DNA of 64,000 nucleotides, from NCBI GenBank assembly GCA_036136335.1, contig JAYZQT010000056.1, forward strand, positions 25,797 through 89,796, given 5' to 3'. Under the pieces are notes generated by a model. That model saw only the letters and a list, made by a program, of their open reading frames with translations, searched no databases and was not told the DNA's origin. Source of the stretch: Pseudomonadota bacterium. Lineage in GTDB: Bacteria > Pseudomonadota > Alphaproteobacteria > MPNO01 > UBA830. Positions 26,065 to 36,149 of this stretch are shown one piece after another (position 1 is the first letter of the stretch; every line of letters starts with the position of its first letter). Position numbers and translations under genes: made by a program.

Positions 26065-26550
26065 ATGAATGGAAGCGAAAGACGCGAATTCGTGCGTAAC
26101 CACCGGACCTGCGTATTTGGCTATCCCCGCATGGTGCACGGGCCATCACTGTCATGCGTCTACTATGTTATGGATGGGGATGATGTGCTTGTATCGTCGA
26201 TGCTCGGGCGCGCCAAGCCGAAGGCCGTAAATCGGGATGGGCGTGTATCTCTGTGCATATTGGATGAGAAGTGGCCACCAACATATATCACAGTCTACGG
26301 CACCGCCACAGTAGAGGAGAAAGGCGGCGACGATCTCCTGATTGCGGTGTGCGAGTTGATGGCAGAGCAGCCCATGCCTGCGGAGGAGCGGGAAAAGCTG
26401 CGCCAGCTAGCAATAGAAGAAGAACGCTGCGTCATAAGGGTTCGGCCCGAGTCTACCTTCGAGACGCCGCCTCGTCACGTCTATAACCCGGAAGATGTTG
26501 ACAAGCTCAGCCATTCGCTCGGTAACACGTTGCCGTGGGACGCGGAATGA
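26065..26550 (+). CDS. pyridoxamine 5'-phosphate oxidase-family (split-barrel flavin-binding) protein
   Basis: 161 aa. The pattern of PPOX-class flavoproteins (FVRNHRTCVFGY...VSLCILDE...YITVYGTATV). A GAGGGGG ribosome binding site lies upstream. Confidence 0.6.
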   Translation: MNGSERREFVRNHRTCVFGYPRMVHGPSLSCVYYVMDGDDVLVSSMLGRAKPKAVNRDGRVSLCILDEKWPPTYITVYGTATVEEKGGDDLLIAVCELMAEQPMPAEEREKLRQLAIEEERCVIRVRPESTFETPPRHVYNPEDVDKLSHSLGNTLPWDAE

Positions 26551-27071
26551 CTGCGTTCGCTGAGCCGGAGAGTTTCTCGCGGCGTATTTTCGAAAAGCTT
26601 GCCGGTGTGGGCGTGACGCTGTTCTCCTACGTACCGGATTTCGGCAATGCTTCTATCGTTGAAATGGCAGAAGCTGACAACCGGACGACAGCGGTTCTTC
26701 TGTCGAGTGAACAGGAAGGAGTTGCGTTATGTGCCGGTGCTGATCTGGTCGGTGGGCGGGGGGTACTGCTGATGCAATCCTCTGGCGTGGGCAATTGCCC
26801 CAATATGCTATCGTTGATCAAGGCCGGGAAGTTTCCAATGCTTATGATTGTAACCATGCGCGGTGATTACGGCGAGCAGAACCCTTGGCAGTACCCCATG
26901 GGTCAGGCGGTGGAACCCGTTTTAAACGCGATGGGCGTTCAGTGCATCCGAGTTGAAAGAGACGACGAACTGGACGTGGCAATAGATGCAGCGCTTTCTG
27001 CAGCGTTCCAGGCCGAGCAGGGTGTTGCGTTAGTTCTCTCGCAGAAATTTATTGGCGCGAAGGTGTTCTGA
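26547..27071 (+). CDS. thiamine-diphosphate enzyme, alpha (PYR-domain) subunit, sulfopyruvate decarboxylase ComD-like
   Basis: About 175 aa with SEQEGVALCAGA (the conserved Glu of the PYR domain). ATGA overlap with the upstream gene. Confidence 0.7.
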   Translation: MTAFAEPESFSRRIFEKLAGVGVTLFSYVPDFGNASIVEMAEADNRTTAVLLSSEQEGVALCAGADLVGGRGVLLMQSSGVGNCPNMLSLIKAGKFPMLMIVTMRGDYGEQNPWQYPMGQAVEPVLNAMGVQCIRVERDDELDVAIDAALSAAFQAEQGVALVLSQKFIGAKVF

Positions 27072-27072
27072 C

Positions 27073-27669
27073 ATGACGTTGTCTTTGCCGGAAGCGACCA
27101 TTGATAGGAGAACCCTGTTACCGCAGCTGTTTTCCAATCCTGAGGACTACCTTCTTGTTACCGGGCTTGCGGGCGCCGCCCGGGACACGGCTGCCTGGAC
27201 TCATGATGGTGATAATCTTCTAGCCTTCGGTGGAGCAATGGGAGGTGCGTTATCAGCCGCAATAGGTATAGCCCTGTGTGCCAGAGACCGGAACGTTGCA
27301 GTAATTACTGGTGATGGTGAATTATTGATGAACGCCGGCGCTCTTGCCACGGTCGCCTCGTCGGGCCCGGCAAACCTGTCGGTCGTTTGTATTGATAATG
27401 GGCAACATGGTGAAACTGGCGGTCAGCCCGGCCACACGGCTCGGCGCACCAATCTCTCGTTATTGGCGGAGGGCGCGGGAATACTGTCGGTCATGACGGT
27501 GTCAGCACCAGAAGATTTGCCTGAGGCTCGGAAGTTTTTGATCGAAACGGTGGCCCCTCGTTTTCTTTGCGTGCGTGTTAAGCCCGGACCACCATCCGAC
27601 TACCGGCGCAACTGGAACCTTGCGGAATGCCGGCTAAGGTTCAAGGCAGCACTCAGCTTGGATCCTTAG
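27073..27669 (+). CDS. thiamine-diphosphate enzyme, beta (PP-domain) subunit, ComE-like
   Basis: TPP-binding motif ITGDGELLMN...VCIDNGQHGETG (GDG-x24-27-N). The start is 1 nt after the alpha subunit stop. Confidence 0.7.
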   Translation: MTLSLPEATIDRRTLLPQLFSNPEDYLLVTGLAGAARDTAAWTHDGDNLLAFGGAMGGALSAAIGIALCARDRNVAVITGDGELLMNAGALATVASSGPANLSVVCIDNGQHGETGGQPGHTARRTNLSLLAEGAGILSVMTVSAPEDLPEARKFLIETVAPRFLCVRVKPGPPSDYRRNWNLAECRLRFKAALSLDP

Positions 27670-27857
27670 ACAAACCAGAAACAAATTGGGGTGACGAGCA
27701 GGCTGTTGATCAGGTTTTTAGTTAATCCGGTGTTTTTTTCGCGGCGGCCGTACTGAAAATTTTTCGTCTCAAGCCGGCTCGGTGTGATAGCGTCATCCGC
27801 CATACTCTGCTGGAGAGAACTGCTCTTGCGGTAATAATGTCAGCAAAAGTTGGATAA

Positions 27858-29948
27858 ATGGCTCGAAAAACTTTTACCAAATTGAACATTAACCCGGCGA
27901 TTGCCAATTGGACGGGAGCACTCGGTCTACCCGATTTTGTGAGTATTGCAGATTGTGATTTTGAGGCAGCCTTCGCAGCAGCGTATCCAGCCCATTTGGC
28001 CGAAATCCAGGCGATTGCGAATAATCCCCGGTTGCCTACGTTTAAGAACACCATCGTAGCGCTCGAAATGGCTGGTGGGTTGTTGACAAGGACATCGCGC
28101 CTGTTCTGGAACCTGGCAGGTGCGCATACCAATGAAGTGCTGCAGAAACTGGAACGCAAAATTTCCCCCGAAATGTCCGTGCACCACTCTACGATTATGA
28201 TGAACCGTCCATTGTTCAACCGAATTGACGCACTATACCGGAAGCGCGAAAGCCTCGGTTTGGACGCCGAAGCCGATCGGGTTCTTGAACTGAAATGGAA
28301 ATCCTTTGTTCAATCAGGCGCGAAACTGGAAAAGGGCGGCCAGCTGCGGCTCGCCGCTATCGACGAACGTCTTTCCATACTCGGGACGCTGTTTTCACAA
28401 AACATTCTGGCAGACGAGCAGGAATTTACCTTGATTCTCGAGCCCGGTGATGATCTGGCGGGACTCCCCGATTTTTTGGTCCATAGCACTAGTGCGGCTG
28501 CCGAGGAACGGGGCCACAAGGGCAAGTATGTGGTAACGCTGTCCAGATCAATAATTGAGCCATTTCTCACTTTTTCCGCCAGGCGCGATCTTCGCGAGAC
28601 AGTGTTCCGGGCGTGGGTCAAACGGGGAGAAGGTACAGGCAAACGCGACAATCGACCGCTGGTCGCGGAAATGGTGCACCTTCGTGCCGAGAAGGCGGCC
28701 CTGTTAGGCTATTCCAGCTTCGCAGATTTAAAGCTCGCAGACACTATGGCAAAAAAACCAGTGAACGCCCGCTTGCTGCTTGAGACTGTGTGGGAAAAGG
28801 CGCGCGTTCGGGCGGAGCGCGAGGCGGGCGAGATTTCGAAAATGATTGTGGTCGAAGGGCATAACCATGATGTTGCTCCGTGGGACTGGCATTACTATTC
28901 GGAAAAGGTCCGCGCAGAGCGATATAATTTCAACGAGGGGGAAATAAAGCCCTACCTGCAGCTGGATAAAATGATTGAGGCTGTCTTTTATGTGGCTGAG
29001 ATGCTTTTCGGGATCACTTTTCGCCAGGTTGTCGATTTGGCCACCTATCATCCCGATGTTCGAACTTTTGAAGCTCTGGATGTGAATGGGAAGCGTATTG
29101 CTGTCTTTCTAGCAGATTATTTTGCGCGGCCGTCCAAGTGTTCCGGTGCGTGGATGAGTGAGTTTCAGGAGCAGCATAAACTTACGACCAATCGCGATGG
29201 CGTTGGCCAAGTGCCCATCATCCTCAATGTGATGAACTTTGCAAAGGCTCCGGTCGGCGAACCGGTTTTGATCACCATGGACGATGCAAAAACCCTTTTT
29301 CATGAGTTTGGGCATGCGCTGCACGGTATGCTTTCCGATGTCACATATCCCTCGATCTCGGGCACGGCCGTCAGTCGGGATTTTGTAGAACTGCCATCGC
29401 AGCTTTTTGAACATTGGCTGACAGTGCCGGAGGTGCTAAACCGGTTTGCGGTTCATCATCGGACCGGCAAAACAATACCGCGGGCTCTCCTAGAGAAGAT
29501 GCATGCGGCAGCAAAATTCAACAAGGGCTTTGCTAATGTGGAATTTATTTCTTCCGCGCTCGTTGATATGGCATTTCATTCAATCTCCTCCGAAACATGG
29601 GAAAAGGAAAAGGTTGATCCGATAGTGTTCCAGACTAAAGTTCTGGCTGGCCTATTTATGCCTGACACGATTGTCATGCGGCATGCGACACCCCATTTTG
29701 GACATGTTTTCTCGGGCGACAGCTACGCAGCCGGTTATTATTCGTATATGTGGTCAGGCTTGCTCGACGCTGATGCGTTCAATGCATTCAAGGAGTCGGG
29801 GAATGCGTTTGACAGCACTACAGCAGAAAAGCTTAGGAAGTACATTTATTCCTCGGGAGGTTCAATGGATCCGGAAGAGGCATATATTGCATTCCGTGGC
29901 AGACTTCCGTCTTTGGACCCCTTCCTCGAAAAAGAAGGTTTGTCATAG
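27858..29948 (+). CDS. dcp: M3-family peptidyl-dipeptidase Dcp
   Basis: HEFGHALH zinc motif. The N-terminal FKNTIVALEMAGGLLTRTSRLFWNLAGAHTNEVLQ closely parallels E. coli Dcp. 696 aa. Confidence 0.85.
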   Translation: MARKTFTKLNINPAIANWTGALGLPDFVSIADCDFEAAFAAAYPAHLAEIQAIANNPRLPTFKNTIVALEMAGGLLTRTSRLFWNLAGAHTNEVLQKLERKISPEMSVHHSTIMMNRPLFNRIDALYRKRESLGLDAEADRVLELKWKSFVQSGAKLEKGGQLRLAAIDERLSILGTLFSQNILADEQEFTLILEPGDDLAGLPDFLVHSTSAAAEERGHKGKYVVTLSRSIIEPFLTFSARRDLRETVFRAWVKRGEGTGKRDNRPLVAEMVHLRAEKAALLGYSSFADLKLADTMAKKPVNARLLLETVWEKARVRAEREAGEISKMIVVEGHNHDVAPWDWHYYSEKVRAERYNFNEGEIKPYLQLDKMIEAVFYVAEMLFGITFRQVVDLATYHPDVRTFEALDVNGKRIAVFLADYFARPSKCSGAWMSEFQEQHKLTTNRDGVGQVPIILNVMNFAKAPVGEPVLITMDDAKTLFHEFGHALHGMLSDVTYPSISGTAVSRDFVELPSQLFEHWLTVPEVLNRFAVHHRTGKTIPRALLEKMHAAAKFNKGFANVEFISSALVDMAFHSISSETWEKEKVDPIVFQTKVLAGLFMPDTIVMRHATPHFGHVFSGDSYAAGYYSYMWSGLLDADAFNAFKESGNAFDSTTAEKLRKYIYSSGGSMDPEEAYIAFRGRLPSLDPFLEKEGLS

Positions 29949-30070
29949 AGGTTTTTTGTGAATGACTATCGTAATGCCGATCTTCTTTCAGGAGCTGTTC
30001 CAGTCCAGTCAGCCAGCTCCATTTCACGTTTGAGATACATTTGCTGACCCCAAGGCTACACAGCCATAGC

Positions 30071-31783
30071 CTACTGTCGTTCGAATACGCCAAACCGAGA
30101 AATCAAAAAGTCTACCCGATTTGTTCTGAGTGCTGCCAAAGCTTCCGAAGGGGAATTGATAATTGGTTCCTCGTGTGCGTTAAAACTGGTGTTCACCAGA
30201 ACCGGGATCCCCGTAACCTCGTAAAATCTCTCTAGAACATCGTGGTAAAGAGGGTTTTGTGAACGTGATATTGTCTGTGGGCGCGCAGTTCCGTCGATAT
30301 GGACGACTGCAGGAATACGTTCCCGCCATTGAGATTTTACATCACAGGTAACTGTCATGAAGCGGCAAGCGTATGCGTTTGACTCATTTATATTAAAGAC
30401 ATCTTGCGCCGTTTGCTCCAGCACGACGGGTGCAAACGGCATAAACTCCGTCCTCTGGAGGCGATCATTTAATTCAGCGTTAATGTTTTTATCTGATGGG
30501 CGGGCAAGGATGCTTCTCGCCCCCAACGCGCGAGGTCCAAACTCAGTTCGTCCTTCATATATCGCACCAACGGCACCGTCGGCGAGTTTCTGAGCAGCTA
30601 TATCGGCTGGGCTCCCGGCAATTTGTTTCAAATCGTCGGATGACGAAAGGGCGGCCTGCAAGTCGCGCGAGTAATCACCACCCCAATATACATTTTGTAA
30701 ATGGCGTCGGGATTTCATCCAATTCACGAGCCCGTCTTTTGCCAGTAAATAATGGAGCACATTACCTATCGCTAACCCCTCATCGCCCATTCCCGGAAAG
30801 ATGAAAAAATCTTTTACCCCTGTCCGCTCACCTAGAATTCGGTTCAGGCTTACATTTGCAAACACCCCGCCCGCTAGCGCTAGATGTTCTGCACCCGTTT
30901 GCTCAACAAACCGGCAAACGGAATCAGATACATAATCCTCCAGAAGCTTCTGAATTGATGCTGCTACATTGGCTGGCTCTTCGTCTTTTGAAAGGTCTCT
31001 TATCTGGTTCTTCATTGCCTCAAAACTTGCAAAGCGCGAATGAATCACACCGTCATCCGTAACCGTAAAGTGGGAACTTAAAGATTCATACAGCGTCGGT
31101 TTACCGAAAGCCGCTAATCCCGTTAGTTTTCCCTCGTGTCTGTTGATTTTGTATCCGAGGGATTGTGTTGCATAACCATATGCCAAGCCTAAGCTGTTTA
31201 TTTCACGATCCCTGAGTAACCAGCGGTCATCCCCGTAAAAGGGGGTGATTTGCTTCCCATCAAAAAAACGGACTGAATAGTGGACGTTGTCTCCGCACCC
31301 GTCGGCGGTATAAAGAAGGGCGTTTTCACACTCCGTGTAAAACAACGAGGAAAGCGCATGCGAGAAATGGTGGTTGGCAAAAAATACTGTGACGTCTGAA
31401 CGCAGTCCGAGTTCCCTGATTAGTGTTTCACGTTTCACCAGCCTATCGGCTAGGGGTTGTCCGCTTCGTTTCAGTTCCCCCGCTATGTCCTTATGAACAT
31501 CTGCCCCCATCCGACGCCTCAGGGCATACACAATGTTTCGTTTTAAGCCAAGATCCAGGTGTTTAGTCGGAAGAAACGCGCGCGAAAATGCCACGGCATC
31601 GATTTCAAGCCGCGAAAGTCCAGCTATTCGCAGTACCTCGTCTATACAGGATTGGTTTAATCCGTTTCCATCCCCTTTTATCCTCGTCAGCCTTTCGAGC
31701 TGCACGGCTGCTACCAAACTGTAATCATTGAAGATTGAGGCCGCACCGTCGTGAATTCCAAGGTTGAGCCCAAGTATTATCAA
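30071..31783 (-). CDS. carbamoyltransferase (NodU/CmcH family)
   Basis: MIILGLNLGIHDGAASIF...QLERLTRIK N-terminus and C-terminal NTSFN motif. 570 aa. Confidence 0.85.
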   Translation of the reverse strand: MIILGLNLGIHDGAASIFNDYSLVAAVQLERLTRIKGDGNGLNQSCIDEVLRIAGLSRLEIDAVAFSRAFLPTKHLDLGLKRNIVYALRRRMGADVHKDIAGELKRSGQPLADRLVKRETLIRELGLRSDVTVFFANHHFSHALSSLFYTECENALLYTADGCGDNVHYSVRFFDGKQITPFYGDDRWLLRDREINSLGLAYGYATQSLGYKINRHEGKLTGLAAFGKPTLYESLSSHFTVTDDGVIHSRFASFEAMKNQIRDLSKDEEPANVAASIQKLLEDYVSDSVCRFVEQTGAEHLALAGGVFANVSLNRILGERTGVKDFFIFPGMGDEGLAIGNVLHYLLAKDGLVNWMKSRRHLQNVYWGGDYSRDLQAALSSSDDLKQIAGSPADIAAQKLADGAVGAIYEGRTEFGPRALGARSILARPSDKNINAELNDRLQRTEFMPFAPVVLEQTAQDVFNINESNAYACRFMTVTCDVKSQWRERIPAVVHIDGTARPQTISRSQNPLYHDVLERFYEVTGIPVLVNTSFNAHEEPIINSPSEALAALRTNRVDFLISRFGVFERQ

Positions 31784-32055
31784 TTTGTTATCTCATGTTT
31801 GTTGTGTCTAGAGCCCCACGCCTAGAAATAGTCTCTGCAACGAATTTTCACCAGAGAACAAGACGGCTTGGCTGACCAAGTCGCTGAATTTTGTATAGAA
31901 CTGTGGGCTCCGCAGGCCTGCCCAAGCCTACCGTTTCCGGCGCACACGTTGGGCGGTGCGCATTTTGGGAACGCCTATGGGTAGCAGGGAGGCAATGTCA
32001 AACAGCGATACCTAAATCCATTCGAAATTAAAGCCAAAAACCGCACGAACTTGTA

Positions 32056-33108
32056 TTAAATAAACTTCGGCATTCTGATGCCTACGGATCCGGCTACCGC
32101 TTCAAGCCTTTTCCAAGTGCCCCCGGGCAATGGTATTCCTGAAAGTTGCCGTTTGGCCAGGATAGCGTCGCCCCGTTCTCCCGGGACTAGAACTTCGTCA
32201 ACACCGGCTGCCCGTGGCAAATTTTTTAAAGCGATTGAAAGACGGTCGACCTCCCGGGTGTACTGGCCGACATTACCAAACTTTGCGATATCGATTGCAA
32301 TAACAAGCCCATTTTGCATGTGTTGCCTGCCGTCGGGTGCACCTTCAAGAAATGGTGCAATAAGGGGATTACCTACGATCAGGCTGGTCAGACATTCGAA
32401 CATTAAAGATAAACCTCCTCCCTTATGCCCGCCGAGTGCGGTAGGTACAAACGCCTTCATCGCGTCTGTCGTTGGCTCCCCATCCTGGTCAATTGCCCAT
32501 CCCTCGCCCAGTGGGCGGCCGGTATCGCGGGCCAGCTGAATTTTACCCATTGATTGGGTGGCTGTTGCCATGTCAAGCATTAAGGGTGAATGCTTTGCCC
32601 CCGGTATTGCGATGGCGATGGGACTGGTTGCCAGACCTGCCGCACGTGTACCCGGATAGGCCATATTGGGTCTCGAGACGTTGATAACTATTCCTGCCAT
32701 TCCCTCCGCGACGATTTCCAATGCGAAATAACCGATTGCACCCATATGGGTCGCGCCGCAAATCAGGCATAAACCAATACCGGCTCCACCGGCTTTTTCC
32801 ATTGCGATGCTGGTTGCGCGGGCGAGTGCCACCTGTCCGAATGCATGATCTGCATCGAGAACGGCTGCGGCCGGTAAATCCGTTGTGACCCGCATGCGGG
32901 GTGCCGGGTTGTTTGCTCCACTATCGATGCGTGCAAGATAACCCGGAATCCGGAGGACACCGTGTGAGTCCACGCCACGCAGGTTTGCCCACACCAAGCC
33001 ATCGGCCACCAGCACGGCATCTGTCTGTGGCAATCCTCTGGCAGTCAATAGGGACACCGCAAAATCAGCAAGTGCCTCTTGCCTAACGAACCTGGTTCCC
33101 TGTTCCAT
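32056..33108 (-). CDS. Ldh_2 family (malate/L-lactate/sulfolactate-type) dehydrogenase
   Basis: RGVDSHGVLRIPGY and HKGGGLS motifs are characteristic of the type 2 malate/lactate dehydrogenase family. Confidence 0.85.
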   Translation of the reverse strand: MEQGTRFVRQEALADFAVSLLTARGLPQTDAVLVADGLVWANLRGVDSHGVLRIPGYLARIDSGANNPAPRMRVTTDLPAAAVLDADHAFGQVALARATSIAMEKAGGAGIGLCLICGATHMGAIGYFALEIVAEGMAGIVINVSRPNMAYPGTRAAGLATSPIAIAIPGAKHSPLMLDMATATQSMGKIQLARDTGRPLGEGWAIDQDGEPTTDAMKAFVPTALGGHKGGGLSLMFECLTSLIVGNPLIAPFLEGAPDGRQHMQNGLVIAIDIAKFGNVGQYTREVDRLSIALKNLPRAAGVDEVLVPGERGDAILAKRQLSGIPLPGGTWKRLEAVAGSVGIRMPKFI

Positions 33109-33200
33109 AACTGATCTAATATCAACGGCGGCTCCGCTGGTCCAGAGTTGTGGTAGACCGCGAGGCCGGCGTATAAATTGTTATAATTTGGAGATACCTT

Positions 33201-34094
33201 ATGGAGAAACGGGTTGAATTCAGGTCCGGCAAGTCGGGTAACCTAAACATATCGGGTATTGTTCACATGCCCGATGATCTGGACCCCGGTGAAAAGCGGC
33301 CAGCTGTCCTTGTGTTGCACGGGTTCGGAAGTCGTAAAGATGCTGACAACGTTACCGGCCCTACAAACATGTTCATGAACTGGGGTTACATCGTCCTGCG
33401 TTTCGATATGCGAGGTTGCGGGGAAAGCGATGGATTGTTCGGGCATTTACTTTGCCTTGATCAGGTGGAGGATACCCAAGCCGGGGTAACATTCATGCAG
33501 TCCTTGCCGCAAGTAGATCCAAATCGCATTGCTGTTGTAGGTTCCAGTTTTGGGGCGGCTGTCGCTGTCTATACCGCGGGGGTCGACAACCGTATATCAG
33601 CCGTGATCTCTTCCGGCGGCTGGGGAAATGGTGAACGCAAGTTTCGTGGACAGCACCCTGCGCCGGATGAATGGGCTGCCTTCACCAATCTTCTCCAAGA
33701 AGGAAAAAAACATAGAGCCGAAACAGGCGAACCAATGATGGTTGACCGTCACGCAATCGTTCCCATTCCTGAACATTTGCGAAAGAATATGCCTGCGGGT
33801 TCGGTTCAGCAGTTTACCGCTGATACCGCTCAGGGAATGATGGAATTTAACGCTGAGAACGTTATTGGAAACATCGCGCCGCGGCCGGTGTTGCTGCTGC
33901 ACAGCTCAATCGATTCGGTGACGCCGACCGAGCAATCGGTGGAAATGTTCAAGCGATCCGGACAACCGACGGATCTGCATCTTACAGCTGATACGGACCA
34001 TTTCATGATGGCAGAGTCTAATACGCGCGTGATTAACATCATAAATGACTGGCTCGCAAAATACTTTCCAGTAAAGGTGGCAGGCGATGCTTGA
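33201..34094 (+). CDS. alpha/beta hydrolase
   Basis: Nucleophile elbow VGSSFGA, an Asp in SIDSV and a His in TDHF. The HGFGS oxyanion region is present. Confidence 0.75.
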   Translation: MEKRVEFRSGKSGNLNISGIVHMPDDLDPGEKRPAVLVLHGFGSRKDADNVTGPTNMFMNWGYIVLRFDMRGCGESDGLFGHLLCLDQVEDTQAGVTFMQSLPQVDPNRIAVVGSSFGAAVAVYTAGVDNRISAVISSGGWGNGERKFRGQHPAPDEWAAFTNLLQEGKKHRAETGEPMMVDRHAIVPIPEHLRKNMPAGSVQQFTADTAQGMMEFNAENVIGNIAPRPVLLLHSSIDSVTPTEQSVEMFKRSGQPTDLHLTADTDHFMMAESNTRVINIINDWLAKYFPVKVAGDA

Positions 34095-35292
34095 AGGGAT
34101 TACGACTACCCCCGCTAAAGCTGCAGCTGAAGCCACATTAGTCGAGAAAGCGCGGGCTATGGTGCCAGCACTCAAGGAACGGGCTCATCGGGCCGAATCT
34201 CATCGTCGGATTTCAAAACAAACGAACAAGGAATTCCGCGCGGCCGGATTCTATGCCGCGCTTCAGCCCGCACGCTACGGTGGGCTGGAACTTGATTATG
34301 GTGCGCAAACCGCATTTGCCCGGGAACTGGGCCGCGGCTGTGCTTCCAGTGGGTGGGTGGGTGGTATTCTTGCCTGTCACGGGTGGATTGCCGGAATGTT
34401 TCCAGACGAGGCGCAGGCGGAAATTTGGGGTGACAATTCTGATATCGCAATTGCGACTTCTTTCCTGCCGGTAAATGCAAAACTTCTAAGGACCCGGGGT
34501 GGGCTGAACCTCACCGGCCGGTGGCGGTTTTCAAGTGGTGTAGATTATTGTGGATGGGCGATCCTGCTAGTGATGATGCCCCCGGTTGACGAAGATCAGT
34601 CACCTGACCCCGTCTTTGTCCTAGTCAATTTGGCCTCCTGCAAAGTGGAAGACGCATGGAACAGTGCCGGTCTTGCTGCCACTGGAAGTAACGACATTCT
34701 GGTTGATAATGTTAACGTGCCGCGACACCGGCTCATGCGGGTCCTTCAGCTGCGCGGCGAGGAGACCCCCGGCTCAAGGGCCAATAACAGCTACCTATAC
34801 CGATTGCCCCTTTTCGCGGTGTTTCCATTCAACATACTAGGCCCAGCGCTCGGAGCAGCACGCGGTGCTTTGGAGTCTACTATTTTTGAGTTGACCGATC
34901 GACAGTCCGTCACCGGAGCTGACCTTTCACGGTTAGGCACTGTTCATCAGCGAATAGGCAAGGCCACAGCCTTGCTCGATGCTGCGGAAGCGCTAATCGC
35001 GCGGATCCGTGGCGAGATTGTATCCAAGGGCCGTGGAGGAGAGGATATTTCTATGATTGATCGCGCGCGTTATCGGTTAAGTTTGGGACACATTGCCCAA
35101 AACTGTTGTGATACCGTGGATCTGCTGCTGCCTTTGACAGGCGGTCGAGGGCTGGAAAACACACATCCCATGCAGCGAGCCTGGCGTGATGTTCACGCGA
35201 TTGCCCAACATATCGGTCTTGTATGGGATGTCCAGACAGGCGTTTATGGCAATGTGTTGTTGGGTCACGGTAGCCCGGATCCCAAATTATAA
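34087..35292 (+). CDS. acyl-CoA-dehydrogenase-fold flavin-dependent monooxygenase (HsaA/DszC-like oxygenase component)
   Basis: Family-level resemblance (401 aa, LTGRWRFSSG segment). The start overlaps the upstream stop by 8 nt. Confidence 0.7.
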   Translation: MLEGITTTPAKAAAEATLVEKARAMVPALKERAHRAESHRRISKQTNKEFRAAGFYAALQPARYGGLELDYGAQTAFARELGRGCASSGWVGGILACHGWIAGMFPDEAQAEIWGDNSDIAIATSFLPVNAKLLRTRGGLNLTGRWRFSSGVDYCGWAILLVMMPPVDEDQSPDPVFVLVNLASCKVEDAWNSAGLAATGSNDILVDNVNVPRHRLMRVLQLRGEETPGSRANNSYLYRLPLFAVFPFNILGPALGAARGALESTIFELTDRQSVTGADLSRLGTVHQRIGKATALLDAAEALIARIRGEIVSKGRGGEDISMIDRARYRLSLGHIAQNCCDTVDLLLPLTGGRGLENTHPMQRAWRDVHAIAQHIGLVWDVQTGVYGNVLLGHGSPDPKL

Positions 35293-35294
35293 GG

Positions 35295-36149
35295 CTAACC
35301 TACAACCCCTATGTTGAACTCACCAACCTGGTCACACGAGAAATTCAGTTCGTCCCCAACCTTGACTTCACTGACGCCTTCGGGCGACCCGGTATAAAGA
35401 ACGTCGCCGGGATACAGCGAATAATATTCTGAGGCGTACTCGATCAGTTCCCGCATATTGAGTACCTGATCAGATGTATTGGCATCCTGCTTGATCTCAC
35501 CATTGACTGAGCCACGGAATGCTACATTGTCCGGATCGGGAATTTCGTCAGCTGTTACCAGCCAGGGGCCAAGAACAGCATATCCATCACATGATTTTCG
35601 CGCACTTCGGTCTTCCGGTCCACGGACCGTCATGTCCAGCCCAAGCGTATAGCCCGCAATTACATCCAACGCATCAGCCTGCGAGACCCTGCTGCATTCC
35701 TGACCGATGACAATGACGAATTCAAATTCGTGATCATTGCGCCGGTCAGGAAAACGGACCGGTATCGCATCGGAAGGACCAATCAGAGCGGTATTGGATT
35801 TAAGAAAGATACCAGCCTCCTTGATCTTGGTCGTCCGCTCTATATGGCGGATCCCGGGATCTATTTGAGCTTCGTCAATATGGGCCTTGTAGTTTACGGG
35901 AGCAGCCATAAGCTTGCCCGGACGCGCTATTGGCGGAAGCAGTTTGACCTCTTCTATTGCAACCGGGTCCGCGCTGTTCGCCATTTCATTGAGGCGACTC
36001 CGCCATTCCGACAGAACAGCAATAACCGCATCGGATTTTGAAACATAAGGGTGGGCGGCGCGTATTTCTTCCTGCGCCCGAGTAACGTCCCGGACCGTAC
36101 CGTCGATCACAACACCAAGTCGGTCGTCATTGTATCGACATATCTTCAT
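35295..36149 (-). CDS. fumarylacetoacetate hydrolase (FAH) family protein
   Basis: FEFVIVIG and GDVLYTGSPEGV segments are typical of FAH-family hydrolases, decarboxylases and isomerases. Confidence 0.85.
   Translation of the reverse strand: MKICRYNDDRLGVVIDGTVRDVTRAQEEIRAAHPYVSKSDAVIAVLSEWRSRLNEMANSADPVAIEEVKLLPPIARPGKLMAAPVNYKAHIDEAQIDPGIRHIERTTKIKEAGIFLKSNTALIGPSDAIPVRFPDRRNDHEFEFVIVIGQECSRVSQADALDVIAGYTLGLDMTVRGPEDRSARKSCDGYAVLGPWLVTADEIPDPDNVAFRGSVNGEIKQDANTSDQVLNMRELIEYASEYYSLYPGDVLYTGSPEGVSEVKVGDELNFSCDQVGEFNIGVVG

Noticed and set aside
26547-33108. Linking the ComD/ComE-like split TPP decarboxylase with the Ldh_2 (ComC-family) dehydrogenase as a sulfolactate/sulfopyruvate pathway.
   Set aside because: The genes are 4.4 kb apart, on opposite strands, and separated by unrelated genes (dcp and the carbamoyltransferase). 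No sulfoacetaldehyde acetyltransferase or sulfite exporter is present. The family resemblance alone is too weak.
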